Positions 39,391 to 52,029 of a stretch of DNA of 64,000 bases are shown piece after piece. The stretch is from Camelus ferus (lineage: Eukaryota): positions 49,168,001 to 49,232,000 of the forward strand of contig NC_045707.1 of NCBI RefSeq assembly GCF_009834535.1, read 5' to 3'. A program made the translations under genes and the position numbers. Every line of letters begins with the position of its first letter. Position 1 is the stretch's first letter. The notes beneath the pieces are model-generated. The model saw only the letters and a list, made by a program, of their open reading frames with translations, was not told the origin of the DNA and made no database searches.

Positions 39391-40709
39391 GATGGGATAA
39401 TTATTATTTAGCTGAAAGTTAAAGAATTTTACTTAACATAAATTTTTCCTTTTGAATTGGCCTTCTCAAACAAATTATTTCTTTATATGAAGAAATAAAT
39501 TTGTATTAATAGTACCTATACTGTGCATGGTGGTTTAAAGAAAAATATAGTGTAGGACTGGATCCATTTCACTGTATTGATTCATCTACCTATGCACTTG
39601 ATGGGTAGCAAAATACAAAAAATAGGTTATTCAAAGTCTGACTATATTATTTGGAGAATAAACAGCTGTTTGTAAAGTTCTTTTGCAAAAGTATTTTGGT
39701 GATATATGGGGTAAAAACATATGGATTAAATTTACCATCAATTAGTGTTTAAACTAGTGAAAATATTCAAAGAACATTATTTCAGCCAAAAAAGAGACAT
39801 CCAAACAATCACTTAAGATATCCCCAACTTTTTTCTCATCTCAGTCTATCACTATTAAATTTAAGGCATTTAAGAAAGAACTATAAATAGCCAAAATCAA
39901 AGTCACAAATGTGTATGAAAAATCTTGGCAAGTCACGCCAAAAAACAGAGTCAGCCTGGGTAAAGAGCTAGATTTCTCTTCATACTCAAAATTAAAAGTA
40001 AGCAAATTTATGATCATCCTATGACTCATAAATTTGGAATGGAGCTGTTTTGAAATGTTTGTACAAAAAGAAAGACTAATTGTTTAACTTTTAAATGTTA
40101 AAGTACATGCCTTACTTCTCCTGGGACACACTGCAGCAGAACAATAGGTAGAGATAATGTACTGCTGTCAGGATATCCTCCCCAAGTAGGTTGGCATTTT
40201 GTAGTTCATAACCCATAGACAACAGTATAAGTAAGATGAAATACAGCCATCCTTAGAATTGCCAAAAAGACATGTTTTCTTTTTTTGTGACTATAATTTT
40301 AAAATGTTTCATTAAAATTTTGTTGTACTTCTTTCTTTTCTTAAGGACATGTTTGAAACCACTAACTTCTACGTTTCTTATTTAGGATTTAAAAAATAAC
40401 TTGATTTATTAGTGTGGTTAATCCAAATCAGAATTTCACTTATTTATTTATTGAATCATTCAACTTGAATTTTGTAAGCACTTACCATATGATAGGTACT
40501 GTACTCATGCAGAATGCATGACTCGAAGTAAGACAGACACTATGCCTGCCCTCACTATACACTGACTTCGAGAAAGACAGGAGATTAAAGCCCACACAGT
40601 GTCTAGGGCGGTACTGTAGGAAGTACAAGTCTCAACAGAATCACAGAGCAAGAGCATCAAACCAGTTTAAAGGATCAAGGAAGACTTCTTAGAGTGAATG
40701 ATTTTTAAG

Positions 40710-40920
40710 CTGTGTTTTCCAACTCGGAGGTTGTAAACTCAATTTAGTAAATCAAGCAGAGTAGAATAGAATAGAATTTCACATAAAAATATATGACTAT
40801 TGTTTCATGAAATAGTTTTTCAGTTGTGTTTGGGGCCATGTAAGAGAAATATCTGGGTTCAATGTAAAATATATTTTTTAAGATGGGTCAGGACCAAAAA
40901 TGTGTTTGAAATCCATTAGC
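40710..40920. mobile_element. hAT-Charlie-type MITE
   Basis: Degenerate terminal inverted repeats CTGTGTTTTCCAAC / GTTTGAAATCCATTAG around AATAGAATAGAA and ATGTAAAATATATTT. Family not assigned. Confidence 0.55.
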
Positions 40921-40977
40921 CAAAAGGATGAGTGGAAATTATGTCATCAAAAATGAGGATTAAGAATTCTCCTGGCA

Positions 40978-41524
40978 TTACAATAGCCAAGACATGGAAA
41001 CAACCTGAATGTACATTGACAGATGACTGGATAAAGAAGTTGTGGTATATTTATATAATGGAATACTACTCAGCCACAAAAAAACAATAAAATAATGCCA
41101 TTTGCAGCAACATGCATGGACCTGGAGAATATCATTCTAAGTGAAGTAAGCCAGAAAGAGAAAGACAAATACCATATGGTATCATTCATATGTAGAATCT
41201 AAAAAATAAAGGACAAACGAACATATATAAAAAACAGAAACAGATCCACAGACATAGAATACAGACTTGTAGCTGCTGGGGGTGGGGCGGGAAGGGCTAA
41301 ACTGGGAGCTCAAGATTTGCAGATAGTGACTGGTATATATACAATAGATAAACAAGTTTATACTGTATAGCACAGGGAAATATATTCAATATCTTCTAGT
41401 AGCTTATGGTGAAAAAGAATATGAAAATTAATATATGTATATTCATATATGACTGAAGAAATGTGCTGTACACCAGAAATTGACACAACATTGTAAACTG
41501 ACTATACCTCAATTTAAAAAAAAA
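40978..41524 (+). mobile_element. 5'-truncated young L1 3' end with poly(A) and TSD
   Basis: ACAATAGCCAAGACATGGAAACAACC...GACTGGATAAAGAAGTTGTGG (ORF2 end), G-rich 3'UTR, poly(A) at ~41516-41525. TSD AAGAATTCTCCTGGCA (40962-40977) versus AGGAATTTTCCCAGCA (41525-41540). Confidence 0.95.
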
Positions 41525-44013
41525 AGGAATTTTCCCAGCAGGACCAGGAGTTTTCTGGCAAAGAAAAGCAGGTGCAAATGCCCAAAGGTTTAAAAGTTTA
41601 TATAATTCTAGAAGTTGAGAGAAGTTCAGGAAAGCTGAAAGAATTGTATGGGATCTCAGTTGTGTGATGAAGTGGGGTTGGTGGCTGAATTCAGGGTCGA
41701 AAGTGGCTATCACACATCCTATAAGCCATGTCATGAAGTTTGCATATTATTTGCAGAGCAATAGTTAGCTGATAAATGGTTTTAAGCAGGGGGATATGAC
41801 CATGCTTGCATGTTTTAGAATAACTCTGATTAATATTTTCCAAGTGGGAGAGAGAGAAAAATCAATATTGGAGGCAGGAAGCTTACAGTAATTCAGATGG
41901 CCTAGTCAAGCAGTGTGATTTGGAGGATATACAGAAGTGGATGGATATAAATCCCTGGTGGAAATATCAGACTGGTATTTGGCTGTGGGAAAGAAGGGAA
42001 ATGGAGGTGCCTGGAATGCCTGTCAAACTGCAGGCAGGAACAGTTAGATGCAGAGTGCTAATGCTGAGTTGGGGGAAACAATGGTAAAGAAGCAGATGTG
42101 ATGACTAAGGACAGAAATTTTCAGTTTTGGACATACTGATTGTCAAATCTACTCATTCTCAAGCCATTCACAGCAAAGAAACTTCAAAAGGTTGTCACTA
42201 AGGGTCAACTCATGATAAAGATAGATACAGCTCTTTGGAACATTTTCTAAGTAGGAACCACATTTTCCAATGTCTATACATTTCAACATAGGTTCTGCCA
42301 CCCTGGTTTAACTACCATAGTTCAAACAGTAATGTTAAGTCATGTTTCAATATACTGGTCTTTCAAACTTTAGATTTCATTTCCTTTTCAAATAAAAATA
42401 TTTTTTTTCTATAGAAAAATTTGAAGTTAGTAATCACAATGCTAAACAGTGTAACAAAAGCAATCTCCAATATATCTCCAATTATCCAATACATAGTAGT
42501 ATCTAAGATTATTTTTTTATATTTGTATATGTGAAATGAAGATCATTTATTATTTAAGTGGATTCATGTGGTTTAAAAAATAGAAATTAAATTGTATAGA
42601 GATATAAGTTTTTCATCTTGAAAAATAAATGGAGATATATTTAGACACATGAGAAATTTTGTGGATATGAACTTTTTTTAACCACAGCAAATTCATACTT
42701 ACACCGTATCACTATAATAAAGAAGTTTTCTATCCTGACAATTACAATTTTCTGCTGGTTGAGCACTCACAATGTAGCAGAACTATAAAGCACAAATAGA
42801 AATTCTGCTCCTATCTCTAGCAATTCAACGGGAAATGTTCATGCAGTATTTTATTAAATTAATTCTCCTTTCTTCAATTTTGGGGTGCACATATATACTG
42901 CTATGACGCCAGTTGTTTCTGTCAAAAAATGCTGTTCAATAGTCTGTGCTGATACATTGCCAGATGATGACCATGAGCAAGGCATTTCATATCACAGGTC
43001 TCCTACCATGGAAGTGTCTCTGCTACTGTTGGGAAACAGAGCTCTCTCTGAGAATGTGAAAGGCCCAAGGACAATGTTCTTACAAGCCTCTCCTACTCCT
43101 CCTTAGACATAAATTGGGTTAAAAATAAAATTAAAACTGGATTAAAACCTATGTAATGTGAAGAAAACTAAGTAGAAAAGGGCACAGAATTCGGGGGCGT
43201 GTGTGTGGGATGGTATGCATCCAGGCCTGCTTGCATGTGTGCCTGTGCAGCTTGTGTGGTATATGTGGAAACTACACGCTATTGTTCCAGAGTCTGAGCT
43301 TTTGTTTTGTTTTGAATCATTTCCTTGCCTGAAAAAGCATAACTCTTGAGAATGAAAAAGCTTTCAATACTATGGTCACTGCTATCATTTTTTTTTTCAG
43401 TTATTTTGGAAGGTCAAAGTCAACTCTCCTCTATCATTTTACCTCTCCAGCAGTAGAGGTTTCTGAGTGTGTGCTGGGGGAAATCTCAGGGATAACTTCA
43501 GTTTTATCCTGTGTCACGAGCAAGGCCACAGTGGACACCACCACCAGTGCTTAGCGCAAATATAGTAAAACTCAATTGTCACTGTTTATGAAGGACCTTT
43601 AAAATGCCAATATCCTCATGCCCAGTAATTTTACTTCTCGAATTTTGTCTGTCAAATTTTTACAATTAGAGAAGTTTATTGCAGCATCATTTACAATTTA
43701 AAGACTTATTTAAAAAACTAAATGCCAAAAATAAGGACTAAATAAATTATAGTGGAGCCTCCTGGTAGAAAGCATAATGCCATTAAAATATTTATGTGTT
43801 TAACAAAAGAAATACTTTGTAGTTTACAAAAAGTTATACTGACATGAAAATATTTATATAAAGCAAGGTAAAATAAGCAAGCTTTATCATTGTAAATAGT
43901 TTTCTAAGAAATTCAAAGTGATAAATATATAATACAGACTTAAAGGAGTTTTAACACAATATGGCATTCATTTCTGAAAGATAGTATCACAATATTTTTT
44001 CTTTCTACTGTAG

Positions 44014-44314
44014 TTTTTTTTGTTTTTTCTTAATTGAAGTACCATCAGTTACAATGTGTCAATTTCTAGTGTACAGGACAATGTCCCAGTCATGCACACA
44101 CATACATACATTTGTTTTCATATTCTGTGTCATTAAAGATTATTAGAAGATATTGATCATAGTTCCCTGTGCTATACTGCAGAAACATTTTTTAAAATCT
44201 ATTTTTATATATAGTGGCTAACATTTGTAAATCTCAAACTCCCAAATTTATACCTTTCTACCCCTTTTCCTGGTAACCATAAGATTGTTTACTATGTCTG
44301 AGAATCTGTTTCTG
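44014..44314 (-). mobile_element. Short young L1 3'UTR fragment with TSD
   Basis: Homologous to 5690-5960 and 41240-41520. TSD TTCTTTCTACTGTAGTTTT (43999-44017) versus TTCTTTCCACTGTAATTTT (44315-44333). Confidence 0.92.
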
Positions 44315-45846
44315 TTCTTTCCACTGTAATTTTAAACATATTTTAAAGTGAAATGAATTACTTATTAATCGGAAAAAATAGAAAATTAACAATTTTTTCC
44401 TTCTGCAAATGTATACTCCATATTATTATCCAAAGTTTATCCATAAAAGATGCTTAAGCAAATAATCTGCCTACATCCTTCAGGTTAGGTGTATCTCCAT
44501 TTATTCACCAGAATTCTCATTTTTTATCGGTATCAAGATGCCTGTCATTATGGTTGGTATCATTAGCTTGTGTCTTAAGCTACCATTTGGTAGGAGAAAA
44601 TTGTCTTTACAACAGTAAAATTCATTGCAGTAATATAATTGTAATCCATTTTCTGTCTCTACAAATGCAGCCATATAGTACTAGATATTTAGGTCCCAAT
44701 AAAACCCACAATAATAAATATTTCCATATCTGAATCCAAGGGTTGGATATTCAACTTAATCTATGAGGCTGGCAGTTGAGATGGGCACAAAGCAGTACTG
44801 AAAACAGTTTATCTGTGCATTCTACATGCTCGATGTCACCTCTCTCCCACAGTGGAGAAGTATATAATCTCTCTTGCTTGCTCGCTCTTTTTTTATTAGC
44901 ATGAAACCCGCTTTGCAACTCCCAAAGCTGCAATCCAATCAGACACATAGAGTAATTCCCTGTTTCAATGCTTCTTCCTTTAGTCTAGTTCAGAATACAA
45001 ATGCAGACAATATTGCTTTCCCAGAGGCAAGCTAGAAAAATCTTTTTCTTTCTATAATAGAGGCAGAGAATAAACATTTCAAGATTGAAATGCACTCATC
45101 TGTAAACAGAAATGACATAGCTGACATTTACTGGAAAAAAAAATAAGCAGAGATTATCATTTCATAGCCTGCAGTAGACTGAAACTAGTTGAAAAGCAAA
45201 TACTTCTTCTAGCACACCATTTCCTCTGTCTGATAATGGGTGTTGATCTTTGTGTCGCAGTCCTTCTAATTGCTTTGCTTTTATTTTTAATGAACCTCCA
45301 TTTCACTTACTCATCAGCCACATATGGGTGAAAATGGATGGTGATGCACAATCATTTACAGGTGCCCTTTCATTAAAGATAAAAAGCTTCTGGGACTGTG
45401 GTCTGAAGAGGCAGTTAAACGGTTTCATTCTTTCTTCCAACTTTGTTCAGCTATATCTTTCAAGCTCTGTAAGTGCTCACAGAAAAGGAAAAGAGCCCAC
45501 AATGTACATAAATAAGAACCCCCTGAGTAATTATTATTTAATATGTATGTATACTTCTGAGAACGAGGCATACTGATTTGTGTCTGTACCTGCCTCCCTG
45601 ACAATTAGGGAGGATGGAATCTAAAGAGACAGGTACAGTTTTTGACAAGTTATCCAGTGCCTGAGTTATCTGAGATCAAAAGTTACCTGAGATTAGGTGC
45701 TTTCAGAAGAGAAAACAGAACCACTCTGTCTAGAGCCTGAAGCTGTTTAAAAATCACTGGGCCAAAGAAATCAGAGAAACAAACTGGAACTGATCTAAGA
45801 GTGGCATATAGAGCATGAGATTTGGAGTTCACAGATGGGAATTCGA

Positions 45847-45934
45847 GGGGGTGGATATAAGCTCATTGGTAGAGCAGATATTTAGCATACAGGAGGTCCT
45901 GGATTCAATTCCCAGTACCTCCACTAAAAAAAAA
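45847..45934 (+). mobile_element. tRNA-Ala-derived SINE (Vic-1-like, camelid) inserted in a MIR
   Basis: GGGGGTGGATATAAGCTCATTGGTAGAGC (A box)...GAGGTCCTGGATTCAATTCCCAGTACCTCCA (B box) plus an A tail. Degenerate TSD ATGGGAATTCGA / ATTGGAACTTGA. MIR core GAGCCTCAGTTTCTTCA follows at ~46005. Confidence 0.88.
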
Positions 45935-46129
45935 TTTTTTTTAATTGGAACTTGAATGCTTGATCAGTTTTGTGAGAGCTGCTTAGCCTTAAGCAAACAA
46001 TTCAGAGCCTCAGTTTCTTCACATAGAGAAGGGAGGCACCAATATTGTTTACTGAGCTTGCCTCACAGTATTGCAGCTAAGATAAACCAAAAGAATGGAT
46101 AATGAAAACCTTCAAAATCTATGGCTGTG

Positions 46130-47030
46130 TCTATGAGAATATTGCATAAATAAAGGGGACATTTCATATCAGTGAAGAAAGGATGACTTATTCAATTAAT
46201 TTCACTGAGACAATTGCCTAAACATTTGAAGAGGTAAAAATAATTTAGACCCCTAGCTCACACCTTTCACAAAAATAAATTATAGGTATATTCAAAATTT
46301 AATAGTATAAATCTTAACCCAAAATAAATCATAAAAAGTTTAATATATGTTTATGAACTTCAAGTAAGAAAAACTTTCTTAAACCAAGCACAAAAAGTGA
46401 AACCCTGCATGAAAATATTTGCAGTATGTAGCAATTTTCACAAGGCACATTTAGAAATATAGAAATATATACAATATATCCTTTGAAAACAATAAAACAA
46501 GCATCCCAATTGAAAATGGTTAAGTAGGTGAATATATATTTCATTGTAGAGGAAACACACATGATATTTTATGCATAATTTTAACTAAGTTTTAATCCTT
46601 CATTGTATTAATTGAGGATGAAGCTGTGAAGAAACGATACCCCTATATTTTTTGGTGGGGGGTTGTAAATAATACAGCCACCATGAAGGGTATTTGAATC
46701 TATAAAATTTGAGTGCCATTTATGATTATCTACCCTGAAAAATACCCACATAATTGCATAAGAAAGTTTATGTATGGATATGCATCACATCTAATTTATA
46801 CTTGCAAAATATTGGGAAAAACCAAAATGTTCATCAAAAAGAATGGCAAAATAACTATATTATGCTCAATTTGTGGAATGTGATGCAGCAACTAAAAAAT
46901 ATGTTAGTTCCACATATACCAACATGGGAAAAACTGGGAGCCATATTATTGAGGGAAATAAGCAAATTACTGAACAACATATACTGGATGACACTAGTAT
47001 ATCAGAACATGCATAAGACAAGACAACTGA
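46130..47030 (+). mobile_element. Ancient L1 3' fragment (L1ME-like)
   Basis: CATTTCATATCAGTG...TTATTCAATTAAT, TTAGACCCCTAGCTCACACCTTTCACAAAAATAAAT, TTGGGAAAAACCAAAATGTTCATCAA. Confidence 0.7.
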
Positions 47031-48928
47031 AGTGAGCAGTGTGATTGCTTCAGATTATTGCTTTAGATTTTCCAAGCAGTGGCTCAGAGAGGGAACTCAG
47101 CACCAGGCAGATCTGGCTGAGTTGAAAGAGATGGAACTAAAGGGCCAGGGAAACCCAGGAAGCTAATGTTCATAGGACAGACTACTGGAAAAGAGCTTAA
47201 CAGAGAGAGAATTCTGGAGATCGACAGAAGGTTCTCTCAAGTAATCAGCAGAATACCAATCAGTGCATGCATTTGAGGATACTACCTGAAGTAGAGAAAA
47301 GCAACATCCAAAAGAATTAGAGGAAACAGTACCCAGTTCTCGTATAAGGCTGGAAACAGTGCACATTCCAAAAAGCCATAAGGGAAAACTTCACAACTCA
47401 TGGCCATTGGTTAGAATACTTAGAAGAGATTTAGTTAAGAAATGAGGAATAATTAGCCCTAGATTAAATGCTGCTCTGGTCCCACCAAAACAAATATTAA
47501 AAGACCTGAAGTATCAAACTATTAACATGTAACCCAACCATGTCCCAGTATAAAGCTCAAGAATATATATAGAAAAACAAAACTACACAGCAGCGAACAA
47601 GATAAAGTTCACAATGCCTGGCATACAATCAAAATTTTTCAGACATGCAAAGAAGCAGGAAAATATGAACCAGAATGAGGAGAAAAAAAAATCAGTAAAT
47701 CAAAATCGAACTAGAATTGACATAGATGAAAGAATTAACAATGATATTAAAATAGTTCTTGTCATCACATTCTATATCTTTAAAAAAATGTGTCCATGGA
47801 ATCCTTCAGAGTACTTCATGAGGAAGAGTGCAAAATAATAACAATTTAAAAATAAAAATATTGTCTTTTCATTTATTCTTTTATTGCTTTATACCCCAAA
47901 TATTTTTATACTTATTTCCTATAACAATGTATGCTAAGCAATGGTCATTCACTAATAAGCACTGAAGACAGAACACCTGTCTTCAGAGGGCTTATAGTTT
48001 AGGGTAAAGAGAAAAATGACAATGTAGTATATGGAGTTTATGACAGATACAGAAATAAAAGAAAAGAGAAAATATGAAAGTATACTAATTTAAGATTTCT
48101 GTACTCTACATGATATGGTATAATATCAATTGCAGGTAGATTATGATAAATTAAAGATGTGGAATCTTAAAACAAGTATAGTAACAAAACAGAGTTATAA
48201 CTAGTAAACCAACACAGAAGATAAAATGGGTCATAAAATATACTTAATCCAAAAGAGGCAGAAAAATAAGAAAAAAGTCAACAATAAAAAGCAGGTGGGA
48301 TAAACAGAAATAAATAGGAAGATAATAGACTTAATCCTAATCCCATTAATAATCACATCAAATATAAATAGTCTGAACACCCCCATTATAAGGAAGAAAT
48401 GGGCCTATTGGATATAAACAAACAAGACCCAGTTATTTGCCAGAGGAAAGTCAGTTGAAATATAAGGATACAATTAGGGAAAAAGTAAAAGAATAAAAGA
48501 ACAGGAAAAATATCATGCATAAACTCATCAAAGGAAAGCTGGAGAGGCTCTACTAACAATGAAGTAGATTTCAGAGCAAAGAATATTACTTGGGACAAGG
48601 AATTTCATTTTGTAATGATAAAGTGGTCAATTCATCAAGAGGAACCAACAATTCTAAACACTTATGACTTGAAACTGAGCTTCAAATACTTGAAGCAAAA
48701 ACTTCAAAAAGGAATACACAAATCCACAAATTGAAATTTCAATAACTCTCTTTCAATTATTAATAGAACAAGTAGGCAGAAAATCAGCAAGAATATGATA
48801 GACTGAAAATCACTATCAACCAAACTTAAGTTGATTAAATTCTAGAAAATACTTCACTCCACAATAACAGAATATTACATTTTTTCAAATACACACAGAA
48901 CAGTTTACCAAGATAAACCATATTTAGG

Positions 48929-50254
48929 TAACGTTGCCAGTTAAACAACAGCAACAAAATGGCACACGGCTATATTTAAATTTCAGCTAAACATCAAGTG
49001 ATAATTATTTTTATTATAGACTTTATTTTTTCAAAGCAGCTTTCGTTTCACAGCAAAATTGAGAAGAAGACACAGAGATGTCCTCTACACTCCCTTCCCA
49101 CACACATGCATAGCCTCCTCTACTATCAACATCCCCACCAGAGTGGTACCTTTGTGTCAGTTGGTGAGCCTACACAGATACATCATTATTGCTCTAAGTC
49201 CATTATTTACACTACTGTTCATTCTTGATGGTGTTCATTCTATGGATTTGGATAAATGTATATGACATGTATCCACCATTATAACATCATTCAGAGTATT
49301 TTCACTGCTCTAAACATCCTCTGTGCTCCACTTGTTCATCCCTTCCTCCCCACTAACCCCTACAAACCACTGATCTTTTTTCTATCTCTGTGGTTTTGCC
49401 TCTACCAGAATGCCATATATTTGGAATCAAATAGTATGTAGCTTTTTCAGATTGGGTTCGTTCACTTAGTACTATGTATTTAATGTTCCTCTATGTCTTT
49501 TCATGACTTGATAGTTCATTTTTCCTTAGTGTTGAATAATATTCCATTGTTCAGATGTACCACAGTTTCACACCTACTGAGAGACATCTAGGCTGCTTCT
49601 AAGTTTTGGCAATGATGAATAAAGCTTCTATAAATATTCCTGTGCAAGTTTTTATAGGGATATACATTTTCAGTTCCTTGGGGTGAATATCAAGGAGTGT
49701 GATTGCTGGATTAGTATGTTTAGTTTTGTAAGAAACTGCCAAACTGTCCTCCAAAGTTTCTGGACCATTTTGCATTTCCACCAGCAATGGATGAGTTTCT
49801 GCTCCTCCACACCCTCACCACCATTTGATGTTATGAGTGTTCTGAATTTTGGTCATTCTAACAGATATGAAATTGTATCTCATTTTTGTTTTGATTTACA
49901 CTTTCCTAGTGACATTAGAGGTGAAATATCTTTTCCTATGCTTACTTGCCATCTGCATATCTTTTTTGGTGAGGTGTCTTAAGTTCTTTAGCCAAATTTT
50001 TAATCAGGTGATTTATTTTCTCACTGCTGAGTTTTGCTGACTTTTAAGAGTTCCTTGTGTACTTTGGATAGTACTCCTTTATCACATGTGTCTTTTGCAA
50101 ATATTTTCTCCCATTCTGTGGCTTGTTTTTTCATACTCTTCATTGAATAATATTTTTAGTAAAAGTATGCCTCATATTATACTTGAAATACACTTATGCT
50201 AAAAAATCATTTGATGTTTACCTAAAATTAAAATTGAGTAGACATCCTGTATTT
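48929..50254. mobile_element. MER53-like palindromic hAT MITE split by an L1MC insertion (halves ~48929-49012 and ~50144-50254)
   Basis: Left half GTTGCCAG...ATTTAAATTTCAGCTAAACA. Right half TTTTTAGTAAAAGTATG...CACTTATGCTAAAAAATCATTTGATGTTTACCTAAAATTAAAATT...CATCCTGTATTTTATCT. 8-bp TSD TATTTAGG (48921-48928) / TATCTAGG (50255-50262). Confidence 0.8.
49010..50143 (-). mobile_element. L1MC-type 3' end
   Basis: TAGACTTTATTTTT...GTTTCACAGCAAAATTGAG...CCCCACCAGAGTGGTAC. Minus ORF 49599-49787 (NPAITLLDIHPKELKMYI...EALFIIAKT) is ORF2 C-terminal sequence. Confidence 0.9.
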
Positions 50255-52029
50255 TATCTAGGCCATATACCAAAATAGAATTAAATAGAAATCAATAAAA
50301 ATAGTTAAAAATTTCTCAGTATTTGTTATCTGAAAACTATTCCACATAATCAATGGGTCAAAGAAGGAAAAAAGAAAAGGGAAACTAAAAAGTATTTGAA
50401 TTGAATAAAATAAAAACAAAACATACCAAGAACCAATACTCCTCATGAACATATTTGCAACATCTCTATACAAAATTTCTGCTAATCAAATTCAACAGTG
50501 TAATACAAACAACAGGTATTATATTGTGACCAAGTGGTATTCATCCCAGAAATGCAATATTTCTTTAACATTTGAAAATGAATCAACATAATTTATCACA
50601 TTAACAAACAGAAAAATACATGTTATCATCTGAATAAACACAGAAAAACATTTAACAAAATCCAACATCTATTCTTGATTATAAAGTTCTCAGTAAACTA
50701 GAAATAGAAGGGAACTTTCTCAGTCTCAGCCTGATAATGGGCATCTATAGATAACCTACAGCTAATATCATACATAACAGTAAAAAAAAATGAATACTTT
50801 CCACTTAAGATCATGAACAAGGCAAAGATTTTCACTCCTACCATTTCTGTTCAACATTGTGTGAGAGGTTCTAGCCTTTGCAACAAAGCAAGTAAAAGAA
50901 ACAAATGGTATCTACATTAGAAAGGAAGAAGTGAAATTGTTTTCATTCACATACAACATGATAATCTATGTATAAAATCTGATGAAAGTTATAGAAGCTA
51001 CTAGAACTAATAAGTGAATTCAGCAGATTTGCAGGTACAGAATTAACATATAAAATCGTATTTCTTTTGCTAGAAATAAGTAATCAATAATTAAAATTAT
51101 ATAAGCAATACTATTCACAATAGTACCAAATGAATTAAATATTTAGGGATAAATTTAACAAAATGCATGCAAAACTTCTATACTGAAAACCACAAAGCAT
51201 TGCTGAGAGAAAGTAAAAAAGAACTTAAAATAAATGGAGAGATATTTTTGTTTTTAATATATCAATTCTCCCTAAACTGATACATAGATTCAATACAAGT
51301 CCAATCAAAATCCCAGTAGGCTTCTTTGTATAAATTGTAAAGATGATTCTAAAATTCATGTAGAAAAGCAAAAGACCTAGAAGAGTGAAAACCACTGAAA
51401 AAGAAAACATTCAATATTGTCTCTGTATTACAATTTTCAACAGTGTTTAAATAGGTAAGTGCTCAACAGTATAAATTATTAAAATAAAGTTTTGTTTTGC
51501 TTTGTTTTAAAGAGTTAACACCACTCCCAGGAAACAAGAAACCAATAGGAGGAGAGTAGAGATTGCTAGTTATGTGTTACCAGACGGCATGTCAAGGCAG
51601 AGGAGCAAAATATATCAAGGTCAAATAAAAACTTACATGAACAGTTGAAAAACGTTAAAGGCATCTCAGGTAGGGCACGATAATAAAACTGTTACTCTTA
51701 GTGGGCATCCAATATGTGAAAAAACCCAAAGAGCTTTCTTCTGTCCTGGGTACAATCTTTCTCTCTCTGTGATGTGAACATGCTTCTGAACACAGCATGA
51801 GAGAAAACAGGTGAGCAAGACTGTCATTGTTTTTATGCCTCATTTTGCAGCCTCTTCTGTGTTTTTCCAATTTTTTAAAACTATCCAGTGAATGGCATAA
51901 CTAACTCTAATTTTCTTCTTTCTCTGATGGCAAACATAGTAATAATATTACTTGTGCTACTTTAAATTTAATGACTTACGATGTCATGTCAGTCTCAGTT
52001 GGCTTAAAATAACCCAGTTTCTTTTTAAA

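Larger units (their letters stand above)
40440..42140 (-). mobile_element. L2 remnant interrupted by a MITE and an L1
   Basis: CATTCAAC...AAGCACTTACCATATGATAGGTACTGT (3' end), CAAGGAAGACTTCTTAGAG, then after the insertions GCAGGTGCAAATGCCC, GGTTTTAAGCAGGGG and TCAGTTTTGGACAT. Confidence 0.75.
47035..51410 (+). mobile_element. Fragmented old L1 (5' region, ORF2 endonuclease and RT remnants), interrupted at 48929-50262
   Basis: 48349-48396 translates IITSNINSLNTPIIRK (start of the ORF2 endonuclease, consensus ITLNVNGLN.PIKR). RT remnants GAACAAGGCAAAGA...TTCAACATTGTG...GTTCTAGCC at ~50815-50880. Further ORF2 landmarks run to ~51410. The 5' part (47035-47800) is less certain. Confidence 0.8.

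Noticed and set aside
45847..45925. Possible tRNA-Ala gene
   Set aside because: Stems and boxes are mutated, and it has an A tail and TSD inside a MIR. This is a SINE.
51638..51786. Minus-strand exon candidate (tgttcag|...CAT|gtaagt) as coding
   Set aside because: All three frames contain stops. It could only be non-coding and has no independent support.
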